A DNA stretch of 64,000 nucleotides from Bdellovibrionales bacterium (lineage in GTDB: Bacteria > Myxococcota > XYA12-FULL-58-9 > SYDY01): the NCBI GenBank assembly GCA_005801425.1, contig SYDY01000088.1, positions 21,290-85,289 of the forward strand. The letters run 5' to 3'. The position numbers were made by a program, and so were the translations under genes. Of this stretch, positions 1 to 9,946 are shown piece by piece. Below the pieces are notes generated by a model. That model ran no database searches. It was not told where the DNA came from and worked only from the letters and a program-made list of their open reading frames with translations. Numbering within the stretch: the stretch's first letter is position 1; each line of letters begins with the position of its first letter.

Positions 1-1
1 C

Positions 2-955
2 GGCTGCGGCTCACTTATTCGGCAAACGGCCGATCGCATGTTGCACATGGTGTCTCGAAGTCATTTATGGATTGTGACGGCAGAGCATCAGCAGGTGCAG
101 TGCTTGGCCCATGTGCCGGATATTGGTTTATCGCATGTGCTGTGTGAACCCATCGCCCGCAATACTGCCGCAGCAGTAGGGCTTGCAGCGATTGCACTGG
201 TGCAGGCCCATGGGCCCAATACGGTGATGATTGTCACACCTGCGGATCATAGCGTTGCCAATCACGAAGCATTCACTGAGGCGCTTACTGAGGCTGTTAA
301 ACGCGCCAAGCATCACGATGAAATTGTTTTGCTTGGCATTAGACCGACACGTCCCGAAACAGGCTATGGCTACATTGAACGTGGCAAATGCCGAGATGGG
401 CATGTGTTTGCTGTAAAAAGTTTTCGAGAAAAACCCGATTTGCCTACAGCGAAGCGTTATGTCGAAAAGGGCGGTTATGCATGGAATGCCGGCGTTTTTG
501 TGATGCGTGCGGGCATTTATTTGGAGGAAGTGCGACGACAACGCCCACGCCTTGCAGCAGGGCTTGACGCCATGGCTGCCGATTTAAACAACACGGATAT
601 TCGGCGTGATGTTTATGAAAAACTCGAAAATATTTCGGTGGATCATGGGGTGCTTGAAGGTGCCAAAGCATTGTCGATGATTGAAGTATCGTGTGGATGG
701 TCCGATGTTGGGGGATGGCCAGCGCTTGCGGATATTACGCCTTCCGATCATGACGGCAATACGGTGGTGGGGCGTACTATTGCGCACGATTCACAAGGGA
801 ACGTCATTTATGCAAGCCCGGGTTCTGTGGTTGCTGTGATAGGTCTTCGTGATATGGTGGTCGTGCATACGCCAGAGGCCACTTTGGTGATGCCAAAAGA
901 TCGCGCCGAGGACGTTCGTGTGCTTCATAACACAATGGAGAGGCACGAAAAATGA
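2..955 (+). CDS. mannose-1-phosphate guanylyltransferase (nucleotidyltransferase type), 5' end outside window
   Basis: Frame is open from base 2 (GSLIRQTADRML precedes the first Met at 38). Motifs EPIARNTAAAV, GYGYIERG, WNAGVFVM and SVDHGVLE fit the ManC/GMP family. ATGA overlap with the downstream phosphomannomutase. Confidence 0.8.
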   Translation, partial: GCGSLIRQTADRMLHMVSRSHLWIVTAEHQQVQCLAHVPDIGLSHVLCEPIARNTAAAVGLAAIALVQAHGPNTVMIVTPADHSVANHEAFTEALTEAVKRAKHHDEIVLLGIRPTRPETGYGYIERGKCRDGHVFAVKSFREKPDLPTAKRYVEKGGYAWNAGVFVMRAGIYLEEVRRQRPRLAAGLDAMAADLNNTDIRRDVYEKLENISVDHGVLEGAKALSMIEVSCGWSDVGGWPALADITPSDHDGNTVVGRTIAHDSQGNVIYASPGSVVAVIGLRDMVVVHTPEATLVMPKDRAEDVRVLHNTMERHEK

Positions 956-2346
956 GCAGCATACGCGCATTAAAAAACAACAGTATTCCAGGGCATGTTT
1001 TTCGAGCCTACGACATTCGGGGTGTTGTGGGCGACGATATTGATGAAGTGTTTGCATACCATTTGGGAAGGGCTGTGGGATCCCAAGTGTACGAACGCGG
1101 CGGCCGTCGTTTGATCGTGGGCCGTGATTGCCGTCTTTCGGGTTTGATGCTGCAAAATGCACTTATGGATGGGATCTGCGCATCGGGCTGCGATGTTGTG
1201 GACATCGGGATGTGTCCGACACCGGTGGGCTATTGGGCCATTCATTTTTTGGATGCCGATGGTGGCGTGCAAGTGACAGGGAGTCACAATCCGCCCGAGT
1301 ACAATGGATTTAAAATGACTTTGCTTGGGTCAACGCTCCACGATCAACATATCCAAGCATTACGATATCGTATGATTGCCGAAAATTATGTGGACGGCAA
1401 AGGGACGGTGAAAGAACGACCGGTGACAGAACAATATGTCGCGGCGCTTGCCAATAATTTACAAAAACCATCGCGTCCTTTGCGTGTGGTGGTTGATGCT
1501 GGCAATGGCACGGGTGGGATCACGGCGGTGCCGTTGTTTAAGCGTCTTGGGTGCGAGGTGATCTCGCTTTATTGTGAGCCCGATGGGCGTTTTCCCAATC
1601 ATGAAGCCGATCCTACCGTTGAAGCGAATTTGCAGGATCTGCGTCAAGCGGTGCTTGTGAATCATGCCGATGTGGGCTTGGCCTTTGATGGTGATGCCGA
1701 TCGCTTGGGTGTGATTGATCGTGATGGCGCGGTGATTTTTGGTGATCGATTGCTTACTCTTTTGTCGCGTGCACTTTTGCGTGAAGTGCCAGGTGCTACC
1801 ATCGTAGGCGAAGTGAAATGCTCAAAATCTCTATACGACGACATTCGTGCCCATGGTGGGCGTGCAGTGATGGCGAAAACAGGTCATTCGTACATCAAAA
1901 AAACGATTGTGTTAGAGAATGCAGATCTTGCAGGCGAGATGAGCGGGCACATCTTTTATAAGCATCGCTATTTGGGATTTGATGATGCTGTATATGCCGC
2001 AGGACGCCTTTTAGAAATTTTAGGGGATGGCGAAGAAACGATCACAGAGCGCTTGAATGATTTGCCCGAAACGTTTTCAACACCTGAGATCAGAACGCTC
2101 TGTCATGAAGAAACCAAGTTTGATCGTGTACATGCTGTGGGAGAACGCGTGCGTGCGATGGATCTTGTGGGTGTGAATGTGATCGATATTGATGGTGTTC
2201 GCATCGAATGGTCGGATGGATGGGGACTTTTGCGTGCCAGTAACACGCAGGCATTGCTGGTGTCACGGTATGAGGCATCAACACAAAGACGTTTGGAAGA
2301 AATTCAGGAATTTTTTTCAAAACTGATTCATGGGACAATGACATAA
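952..2346 (+). CDS. phosphomannomutase/phosphoglucomutase (alpha-D-phosphohexomutase)
   Basis: Active-site loop TGSHNPPEYNGFK, metal loop FDGDADRLGVID, sugar-binding GEMSGH; 464 aa, typical length. Confidence 0.9.
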   Translation: MSSIRALKNNSIPGHVFRAYDIRGVVGDDIDEVFAYHLGRAVGSQVYERGGRRLIVGRDCRLSGLMLQNALMDGICASGCDVVDIGMCPTPVGYWAIHFLDADGGVQVTGSHNPPEYNGFKMTLLGSTLHDQHIQALRYRMIAENYVDGKGTVKERPVTEQYVAALANNLQKPSRPLRVVVDAGNGTGGITAVPLFKRLGCEVISLYCEPDGRFPNHEADPTVEANLQDLRQAVLVNHADVGLAFDGDADRLGVIDRDGAVIFGDRLLTLLSRALLREVPGATIVGEVKCSKSLYDDIRAHGGRAVMAKTGHSYIKKTIVLENADLAGEMSGHIFYKHRYLGFDDAVYAAGRLLEILGDGEETITERLNDLPETFSTPEIRTLCHEETKFDRVHAVGERVRAMDLVGVNVIDIDGVRIEWSDGWGLLRASNTQALLVSRYEASTQRRLEEIQEFFSKLIHGTMT

Positions 2347-3431
2347 GGCGGCATGGATGTTTTGACCGGCCCGTGGGTACCATTGGCATCAATCCACCAT
2401 AAACCGGCGTTTGAATCATTGCTGCGATTTCCAAAATAAATCGTGTCACCGATGACAGCGAGTCCCGTAAGACTGTAGCCGAGTGAGGTGTGCAGTATGT
2501 CGATTTTTCCATTCGAATCCAACCGTATAAGACGCATCTCTTGTGCTTCAATGGGGTCGGGATCGTCAGAGGCTGTCGTCTTTGGAACAGAAATCAAAAC
2601 GATCAGGTCACCGTTTTGTCCTGCGGCTATTTCATGGGGAATTCCGCCTAGCGTTGCTTCGGTTGCGAGGGTGGTCATTGCCAGTGTCTCTGGCACGATG
2701 CTTACAATGGCCGATTGGCCTGATGCACGAAATCCAGCACATCCCACGACAAGGCTGCTACCCGTGCGTACCCAAGGCGTAAATGGATTGGCGCATGGCA
2801 ATTCTGCAGTGCTTATACCTTCTGCGATGCGGTCTTCGCTGATGCGCATTCGGAGTACAAGTCCATGGGCTGTGGGTGTGAATACATTGTTGCGGTTGAG
2901 CCCCTGAATTGTGACGAGAAGATAATCGTTAAAACGGATTACATGATCGGCTTCGGGGATCCCATCGGCATCGGCCCATGGGAATAAATTAACCACCTGT
3001 TTGGTCTCGCCTGTTTGGGTATCGACTACGCGCATATTGCTTGAATCGTAGCAGGTCACAAACGCAAGATGAGGTCCCACGGATGCGAGGTCGTGGGGGC
3101 CGCAACGTAAAAGACGAAATTGTTTGGTGACATTAAGTTGTTCGCCTAGGACGGTGAGTGTTTCATAGCGACCGCGATCGATGATGATGGGGATGCCACT
3201 GGCGCGCGTGAGCACGGCATCGCCGGAGACAAGCACCAACCGCTTTGCGAGAAGGGTTGGATTGCTCGGATCAAAGACATCGAGGCTGCTCGAATCGAAG
3301 TTGCTGGTTAGGACCAAAGCAAGATCTGAATGGGGAGTGAGGCGTTGATTGCCCGGTTGATCGTCGATGTTTGCATTGCTGGTGCATGCGGTAATGAAGG
3401 CGAATGATGTGAAGAGTGCAATTCGGATCAT
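2328..3431 (-). CDS. lipoprotein of unknown function (possibly beta-propeller-like), coupled to the upstream TonB-dependent receptor
   Basis: Signal peptide plus lipobox (FAFITAC). The Met at 3431 gives an ATGA overlap with the receptor stop (3428-3430). Repetitive beta-rich sequence. Function not recognised. Confidence 0.6.
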   Translation of the reverse strand: MIRIALFTSFAFITACTSNANIDDQPGNQRLTPHSDLALVLTSNFDSSSLDVFDPSNPTLLAKRLVLVSGDAVLTRASGIPIIIDRGRYETLTVLGEQLNVTKQFRLLRCGPHDLASVGPHLAFVTCYDSSNMRVVDTQTGETKQVVNLFPWADADGIPEADHVIRFNDYLLVTIQGLNRNNVFTPTAHGLVLRMRISEDRIAEGISTAELPCANPFTPWVRTGSSLVVGCAGFRASGQSAIVSIVPETLAMTTLATEATLGGIPHEIAAGQNGDLIVLISVPKTTASDDPDPIEAQEMRLIRLDSNGKIDILHTSLGYSLTGLAVIGDTIYFGNRSNDSNAGLWWIDANGTHGPVKTSMPPYVIVP

Positions 3432-5362
3432 TGTGGGCTCCATTGCAGGCTGACAAACGCGGTACGACCCGGCCAGGGATAACCCACGACATCTTTGAGT
3501 GCCTCAGGCGCGGTGCCTGAGGCGGCAGGATGGGAAATAACACCGGTGATGTTTAGAAGCTCCATCGTGATAGCCCATTCTTGCGCGAATGGGAGACGTA
3601 CAGCAAGATCATGTTGCGTGCGATCGGGTATAATAAGCAGGCCGGCTCGGTCCAATGTGGTTTGCGAGCGGTAGGTTACGCCGTAGGATACCGATGCACC
3701 ACGGTGTTTAAGGACAAGTGCGGAATGAACAAGATGGGGTGGAATGGTCGCTGCGGGTTTTCCTTGTTCTCCTAAAACTTCGGATCGATTGACAGCATGG
3801 GTAAAGGTATAACCCACGCGTAAATCGATCCATGACCAAGGTGCGAGATGGGTTGCAAGCTCAACGCCGGTTGCACGGGTTTTTCCGAGATTTTCGTAGC
3901 GATAGGCCTGACGCGATACTTGCAACAAACGTACAAGCTCTGTGGCATCGATGAAAAAAGTGGCAGCATCCAATGTGTAACGTCCAAAACGTTGTGTCTG
4001 TATTTTGCACATTGTGCCTGCGTCTGCATTCCATCCGCGTTCAGGTTTGATATTTTTATTTTCAAGCACCATGGCGCTGTCGCCAAAACGTTCGGCAAGG
4101 CTTGCAAAACGATGGAACAATCCTGCATGGGCACGTGTGCTGCATGGTCCTGTTTGGACACGTACACCACCCTGGGGGCTGAATGCCCAATGGGATGTGT
4201 TTGATGCTGAAAATTCGTTGAGATGTCCGGCTTGCAATGTTGCATCAAGGGATGTGGTGCGATGGGCGCGCCACACGCTTTGAAGTCCCCATTGGGTTTG
4301 CAAGCGTCCATTGTTTTGTGTGGCGCTGTCTTGGGCAGAATGGAACCAAGCGCCGTCGGTGCGCCCTGCAATAGCAAGATCGACATGTTTCAAGGTGATA
4401 TCTGCGCGTTGATCGGCGCCTGCTTGCACGAGCCATGCACGATGATCTTGAATGCCCAAAGTTGTTTCGCGTTCTGGATCTGAAAAGCTGCGTCCATTGA
4501 CCATGGCATCAACACCAAGGTTCAGACGAAGCATGCGACCGATTGTTACGTCCGATGCACTGATGCGTGCACTTTGAAAAATACTTTTGGATGACGTGTG
4601 CAAGGTTTCTGCATAGGAAGGCCCAGGAATGCCCCGTGCGTCCAATGCCGTTAATGTGGTGATGTGCAAAGCAGCGTGTTTGAAAGGTTGATAGACACGC
4701 GTATGCAACACCAAGCGATCGCTATGATTGTTTTGCCGGGTGCGAATGACGTCGTCTGATGCATTGTAGCGGGTTGTTTGATCATCATAAAATGTGAAAT
4801 TTCCTTGGGTACCTTGATACGCGGTGCTGACGCGCACGCCGCCTTTTTTCCATGGCAGTTCAATAAATCCTCCGGCGCTTCGCGAGAGCTGAGTTCCAAA
4901 GCCCGTATTGAGCCCATATTTAAAACGCCCAGTGGGCAAGACGGTATTGATTTCAAGCACGCCGCCAATGGGCATGGGCAAATGCAGAGGTCCAGTACCG
5001 CGTCCTACATAGATACTGGCGATGCCGTCGGCGGGCAGCAGGCTTAGATCAAATTGTTGAAGACCCGTATTCAGCATGGGAACGCCGTCGATGACGATGC
5101 CCACGTGACTTCCTCCGAGTGATCGAATGCGCACATCCACGCTGTTACCGCGTGCGCCCAGTCGCAATAAACTGACGCCTGGGGTCGCTTTAAGGGCTTC
5201 TGCGACGGTTTGCCCTTGCCCTTGGTGTGTTGTGAGGTCGATTTCTGACGTGGAACCACTGTCGGTTGTTGTGGATTCTGATCCCTGTACGGTGATGTCG
5301 GGCACCACAATGGGATCGACCGCGCCGATGACGAGCGCAGCATAAAGCGCAAATGGAAGCAT
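3428..5362 (-). CDS. TonB-dependent outer-membrane receptor
   Basis: N-terminal signal peptide, plug-like region (TVAEALKATPGVSL...RGNSVDVRIRSLGGSHVGIVIDGVPM), 644 aa of alternating beta-barrel-like sequence. Confidence 0.8.
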   Translation of the reverse strand: MLPFALYAALVIGAVDPIVVPDITVQGSESTTTDSGSTSEIDLTTHQGQGQTVAEALKATPGVSLLRLGARGNSVDVRIRSLGGSHVGIVIDGVPMLNTGLQQFDLSLLPADGIASIYVGRGTGPLHLPMPIGGVLEINTVLPTGRFKYGLNTGFGTQLSRSAGGFIELPWKKGGVRVSTAYQGTQGNFTFYDDQTTRYNASDDVIRTRQNNHSDRLVLHTRVYQPFKHAALHITTLTALDARGIPGPSYAETLHTSSKSIFQSARISASDVTIGRMLRLNLGVDAMVNGRSFSDPERETTLGIQDHRAWLVQAGADQRADITLKHVDLAIAGRTDGAWFHSAQDSATQNNGRLQTQWGLQSVWRAHRTTSLDATLQAGHLNEFSASNTSHWAFSPQGGVRVQTGPCSTRAHAGLFHRFASLAERFGDSAMVLENKNIKPERGWNADAGTMCKIQTQRFGRYTLDAATFFIDATELVRLLQVSRQAYRYENLGKTRATGVELATHLAPWSWIDLRVGYTFTHAVNRSEVLGEQGKPAATIPPHLVHSALVLKHRGASVSYGVTYRSQTTLDRAGLLIIPDRTQHDLAVRLPFAQEWAITMELLNITGVISHPAASGTAPEALKDVVGYPWPGRTAFVSLQWSPQ

Positions 5363-5466
5363 GAGATGCCATGCTTATTGTGGGTTTTACGTCGTTTCGT
5401 CAATCAAGACTGGATTTAATGTAGGATATCGCCTCTTTATAAAAAGGATATGCCTTATGATGTATA

Positions 5467-7413
5467 ATGCATATGTCACTTCCTTTATTAAGGAATATCT
5501 TTATGGCTACTATTTTGGTCGGTGTGCCGTCAAAGAAATTACCTTCATCAGAAGAGGATCATCGTGCCCATGAACCTGGCACTCAGGATCCTCCTACGCC
5601 GGATGTCATGGATCGGCGGGCGGCGGTGAGACCTCTCGCAGATCCGCTGAAGCAAACAATAAAACCACCGGATGCTCCAAGCGAATCATCATCAGCATCG
5701 CGTGTGCCACCCGCACGTGCATTTTCGGCTCAAGAACATGCTACACCGATGCAGGGGTTATTGATTGCGCTGAATGATCAACATGTGTGTGATCCGAGAA
5801 TTGCAGTTGCGACGTTTATGAACTTCTATAGCATTGAAGATCATGCTTCTAAACATAGTATTACCGCGAATCTTAAAAAATTGGCAAAAGATGAAAAAGA
5901 TCACAATGTGATGTTTAAACTGAGTAATGTATTGATGCATACGCTGCAAAATCCATCGACAGAAAATATGGCAGAGTTATTGCGCTTGGCGATGATTGCC
6001 GCAGCCAAGAAACCGAAAGAGGGCAATGTTGAAAGAACGCAGCATATTGCGCTGGGTCGCATTGTACTTGATCAGATCATTCCGTTGTTGGAGATCACGC
6101 ATCATAGCCATGACCATGGTGGGCTGGCCAGGGCTCTCTGGGCTGATGTCACATCGAATGCTGAAGTACGTGCAGATTCTTTGATGCGTCTCTCATGTGG
6201 GGATCTTGATCGATCTGCCAATGAATTTCTTACGCGTTATGATGCAATGTATCAGGCATGTTCAAATGCAGTGAAGCGCGAACTGAGAGAGTGCGTCATC
6301 GCGACTTGGATGATGGGTTCTGGTGTATTGGATCGTCTCAATGCGCATACTGCAGTCAAAATGGGGCGTATTCTCGATATGTTATCTCCCATCTATCGCG
6401 AGCAAGTGAAGGGAGCCATCATTCGTCAAAAGGGCCAAGGCGCCTGGGAGCTCGTTGCACCGAGTCGTGCACAAATCGACGCTGCTGTTGATCAGGTATT
6501 GGATCTGTTCAGCAATGCAAAGGCTGTCCTTACGAGTGCTTCATCCGTGGAGAATGCGGGGACGTTACGTCAGTTTTTTATTGCGGCTTTTCGTGCCGAT
6601 TGCAAAGCCGCTTTTGCAAAAGGCGTGTTTGGGACCAACACAGCGTCCCAGGCTCTGGTTTTGCTTCAGGGTGATGTGGGCATGGCAGAGACGTACCAAC
6701 ATATTATGGCCACACCGCCGCCTCTCTCTGTCTATGAAATATTGTATCAAGCCAATGCCACAGGCGCTTTTGATCGGTTGGCCAATGCGTACGTTGCGAT
6801 GGATCAGTGTCTCAAAGAATTTGAGGGTGTGTTTAAAAATTACGATGTGCTCAAAGATATTGCAAGCATTTCGGGCTTCAATTTGAAGCCGATAGCAACA
6901 CTTGAGAGTCGGTTGTCTGAACATCTTGCCGCAGGCAGAATGCCGATGGATGCGTTGCTTTTTAATTTTAAAAAATTAAAAGATGAGTCGGATGCCATCG
7001 ATTCCAAGACTGCCCAGGAACAAGAAAATAAAGGCTTGCTGAATATGCAAGCGTATCGCTGGAAATTACTTGCGATGATGCGTTCGCCAGAGGGACCGGC
7101 ACTCGTTGCGAATTATATTCGTGTCAAAGAATACGATCCTATGGTGTTTGACGGCGTGACGAAGGCGTTTCAGGCAGTTCAGACATTGCCAGAACCTGCG
7201 GCTCGTATGGATTCGATCACACATATTTGGAACAAAATGCTTGCGATCACGGGAACCAGTGAAAGTGCGGGTGAAGCGGTGATTGATGAGGGCGCGGTGA
7301 ATCGATTATGGAATTATATCATGAGTCGGTCGGAAAATTTCCCAGCAGCATTGAGAGAAGAACTGTTGGATGGATTTCGTGCTGTTGCAGGTTTTGATTT
7401 ATTGCACGGGTAG
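5467..7413 (+). CDS. hypothetical protein, 648 aa, Pro/Ser-rich N-terminus then helical; no domain recognised
   Basis: Long uninterrupted ORF behind an AT-rich upstream region. No signal peptide or TM segment seen. Confidence 0.6.
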   Translation: MHMSLPLLRNIFMATILVGVPSKKLPSSEEDHRAHEPGTQDPPTPDVMDRRAAVRPLADPLKQTIKPPDAPSESSSASRVPPARAFSAQEHATPMQGLLIALNDQHVCDPRIAVATFMNFYSIEDHASKHSITANLKKLAKDEKDHNVMFKLSNVLMHTLQNPSTENMAELLRLAMIAAAKKPKEGNVERTQHIALGRIVLDQIIPLLEITHHSHDHGGLARALWADVTSNAEVRADSLMRLSCGDLDRSANEFLTRYDAMYQACSNAVKRELRECVIATWMMGSGVLDRLNAHTAVKMGRILDMLSPIYREQVKGAIIRQKGQGAWELVAPSRAQIDAAVDQVLDLFSNAKAVLTSASSVENAGTLRQFFIAAFRADCKAAFAKGVFGTNTASQALVLLQGDVGMAETYQHIMATPPPLSVYEILYQANATGAFDRLANAYVAMDQCLKEFEGVFKNYDVLKDIASISGFNLKPIATLESRLSEHLAAGRMPMDALLFNFKKLKDESDAIDSKTAQEQENKGLLNMQAYRWKLLAMMRSPEGPALVANYIRVKEYDPMVFDGVTKAFQAVQTLPEPAARMDSITHIWNKMLAITGTSESAGEAVIDEGAVNRLWNYIMSRSENFPAALREELLDGFRAVAGFDLLHG

Positions 7414-8172
7414 TTACGGTGACGATTGAATGGTTCGACTTCCTAGAGCCTGAAGAGGCCGCGAATTTTCGATAAATACACGGGTGATGGCGCTGAGTTG
7501 CTCTTGGCTGGCGGGTATGCTGGTGCGCAAAACGCGCCATGTGACGCCTTCACTGCAGGGCGGGGTGGTAAGCGATCCCTCGTAGGCGTAATAGGATTTA
7601 TTTGACGGTAACGTCGCTGCTGCATTAACGTCGTCAACCTCGACTTCCAAACTCGCCATTTCAATTTTTTCTAAAAATTGCGCGAGAAAATCACTTTCGG
7701 TTTCCGATTCATGAAACAGCACACCGACAACGACCAGCTTGCCGTCGGCATGTTGGTGTACAAGATGCATTTCCAGAGGCCATGCGATGAGTCCAAGGCC
7801 ATGTTCGCTTGGCGTGTGGAAATGAAATTGTTTGAGCGTGTAATCGGTGCTGTCGATGCTTACCTTGCTGCCCGGGGGGTAATCAAACTGCAAGGCATGG
7901 CCATTGCTGCGCAGTGTGCCGCTTGCTGCGTGATAGTCGAACGTAAGAATTGGCAGCGCGTTGTTTGCTGTTGCATTGTTAAAATTGACCGGCGATTGCT
8001 GGAGCCCTGTTTCACATAACGCATATTCGGGTTCAAGGTTTCCCCAGTGTTCGGGGCCTGTCTCACCGCTATACGTCCAATGGAGTTCCGCTGTTTCCGA
8101 TTTTTCGTCGGTGCAGCTTGCGGCGAGAAGAGCAAAGAAAAGCATCACGCAACGGTGTGAGTTTACAAACAT
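7414..8172 (-). CDS. alpha-class carbonic anhydrase, lipoprotein
   Basis: HWTYSGETGPEHWG, QFHFHTPSEH, EMHLVH (zinc histidines), GSLTTPPCSEGVTWRV; lipobox LLAASC. Confidence 0.9.
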   Translation of the reverse strand: MFVNSHRCVMLFFALLAASCTDEKSETAELHWTYSGETGPEHWGNLEPEYALCETGLQQSPVNFNNATANNALPILTFDYHAASGTLRSNGHALQFDYPPGSKVSIDSTDYTLKQFHFHTPSEHGLGLIAWPLEMHLVHQHADGKLVVVGVLFHESETESDFLAQFLEKIEMASLEVEVDDVNAAATLPSNKSYYAYEGSLTTPPCSEGVTWRVLRTSIPASQEQLSAITRVFIENSRPLQALGSRTIQSSP

Positions 8173-8229
8173 TACCTTATGCTATTCTATTTCCAGGTAG
8201 GATATTGTTGCTATTTTAGGCGCTTTCCT

Positions 8230-8258
8230 TTGTTGAATCACAAAAAGCGGGGTATACT
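8230..8258 (+). promoter_or_regulatory. candidate sigma70-type promoter for the 8306 operon
   Basis: TTGTTG (8230-8235), 17-nt spacer, TATACT (8253-8258), about 48 nt upstream of the ATG at 8306. Pattern match only. Confidence 0.25.
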
Positions 8259-8305
8259 TTAAACAGAAGAGTGATGAATACACACTTGCCGTTGGTGAGG
8301 TTGAT

Positions 8306-8899
8306 ATGGCCGAAACCGTGATCTTGTCCGGCGATGTGCGAGATTTTTTCAGACAAGAAATACTCAGGGCGAGTTCGGAGCTTCGTGTCGAACTTGCAGA
8401 TATTACTGAGTATTACTTGGTCGAGCTTTTAAGCTCCTACGCCTCTACAAACCGTTCTGGCGGAGCTTCGGCAGGTGATGAACCGCTTGCTATGCTCTAC
8501 AAAAAAGCACTCGATTCTTCAGGAGGCGAGCGTGCCTCATTCCTCAAAAAACTAGGCGACGATGCGCTGTATCTGAGTGGGTTTTTCATCGAGTCTATTG
8601 AGGATTCATTGGTTGATCTCAACTATTATATCGCCATGGGTGGCAATGCCTACGCAAGTTTAGGTGAACTTACGGGTGGCGGCGGCATGGGCCAAGCCTA
8701 CCGCCGCTTGGGACGTTGTTTTACCGAAATGGTCGACGTACTCAATGAAGTGTCGGAGCATACACGGGGATGCACCGATACCGATTTACTCCGTGCCTAT
8801 GATCGTTTTGTACGTACAGGCAGCACCCGTTGTCGCAAAAAGCTATTAAGCAAAGGGCTTTCGCCTACCAACGCTATCCCCATTGATTTTATCCAATGA
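8306..8899 (+). CDS. hypothetical protein (197 aa)
   Basis: Clean ORF with an ATGA overlap to the next ORF. No motif recognised. Confidence 0.55.
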   Translation: MAETVILSGDVRDFFRQEILRASSELRVELADITEYYLVELLSSYASTNRSGGASAGDEPLAMLYKKALDSSGGERASFLKKLGDDALYLSGFFIESIEDSLVDLNYYIAMGGNAYASLGELTGGGGMGQAYRRLGRCFTEMVDVLNEVSEHTRGCTDTDLLRAYDRFVRTGSTRCRKKLLSKGLSPTNAIPIDFIQ

Positions 8900-9537
8900 C
8901 CGCCGTGTTGGGAAAAATGCAGCGCATGCTTTCCGATCTCCACGATGTGGATGTGGGCCTTGATGTACGCGATTATCTGATCGGGAAACGTCGGCGTTTG
9001 CGTATGCCCGGGGCAGTGGATGGCATTCCAGAGCAGCTTTTTGTGCGCAGTCATGGCGACAATGTTGAAGTGGCCCTCTATGTGGATCCAGATATTGTAC
9101 GACGCCTTAATAAGGCGGATCTACGCGATAGATTGCGACAGGGGGCCTTGGATGATTTCTGTGTGGCGCTTGAAGGTGTGAGTCACTTTCAAATGGTCGC
9201 GTGGCGCGGCATGCATGGAGGCCACGTTTCGGCGCTTGAGCTTGAATTGCAATCGGAAGTGGATAAATTCGTATGTGCATGGTTGCTGCTGGATGCATCC
9301 GGTCGTTTGGATGCGCCAACAGGCAAGGCATTATGGCATCAAATCTTTGCTGCATGGACTCTGCGTGACGACGTGCCTGCGTTTGAACGAAGCAGATATC
9401 AGGCGGCATCTCAGGCCGCAGCCACGTATTGCAAGGGACTGATGAAGCGCCATGCACGTTCAACGGTCAACAATTTATTGGGAGATGTAAGGCGTCATTA
9501 CCGGCTTGGGCCGGGCGAAAAACTTAGACCTGTTTAG
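8896..9537 (+). CDS. hypothetical protein (213 aa)
   Basis: Translationally coupled to the 8306 ORF. No motif recognised. Confidence 0.55.
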   Translation: MTAVLGKMQRMLSDLHDVDVGLDVRDYLIGKRRRLRMPGAVDGIPEQLFVRSHGDNVEVALYVDPDIVRRLNKADLRDRLRQGALDDFCVALEGVSHFQMVAWRGMHGGHVSALELELQSEVDKFVCAWLLLDASGRLDAPTGKALWHQIFAAWTLRDDVPAFERSRYQAASQAAATYCKGLMKRHARSTVNNLLGDVRRHYRLGPGEKLRPV

Positions 9538-9549
9538 AGAGGTCTAATG

Positions 9550-9795
9550 TTACTTAAGACGTGCAGGCGCACCATGTGTCATGTCTTCGCCGAGTAAATC
9601 GACAAGATCGCCTTCATAGTACACATTGCCTGCTGCAATCTCACGCAGTGACATCACCGCCGCTTTGTTGCGCGCGTTTTTGATGGTGGGCTTGGAACCT
9701 TTAAGCAATTGTCGTGCACGCTTGGCGCTCAAAAGTACCAAGGCAAAGCGATTTTCTACGTTATCTTCGCAATCTTCGGTAGTTACGCGCGCCAT
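9550..9795 (-). CDS. rpoZ: DNA-directed RNA polymerase omega subunit
   Basis: [30 protein letters not shown] is the classic RpoZ N-terminus. I prefer the Met at 9795 over the ORF-track start at 9810. Confidence 0.85.
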   Translation of the reverse strand: MARVTTEDCEDNVENRFALVLLSAKRARQLLKGSKPTIKNARNKAAVMSLREIAAGNVYYEGDLVDLLGEDMTHGAPARLK

Positions 9796-9946
9796 GGGAT
9801 CTCCTTGCAAGGGGAACTTCCCTAGTTATCACGGGGAGTTGATGGGTGTCAAAGGCGTGTGCATTGCGGTTTGCAATCATTTTATGGGTAAGGAGAATCC
9901 CCACATTTGTTTCTTATGCGTATAGGTCGGGAATTTTCTCAAGGAT

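Noticed and set aside
5363-5466. Fur box or riboswitch upstream of the TonB-dependent receptor at 3428-5362
   Set aside because: I see only loose AT-rich partial palindromes (TATAATGCATATG). The region is too short for a cobalamin riboswitch, and I could not align any convincing 19-bp Fur consensus.
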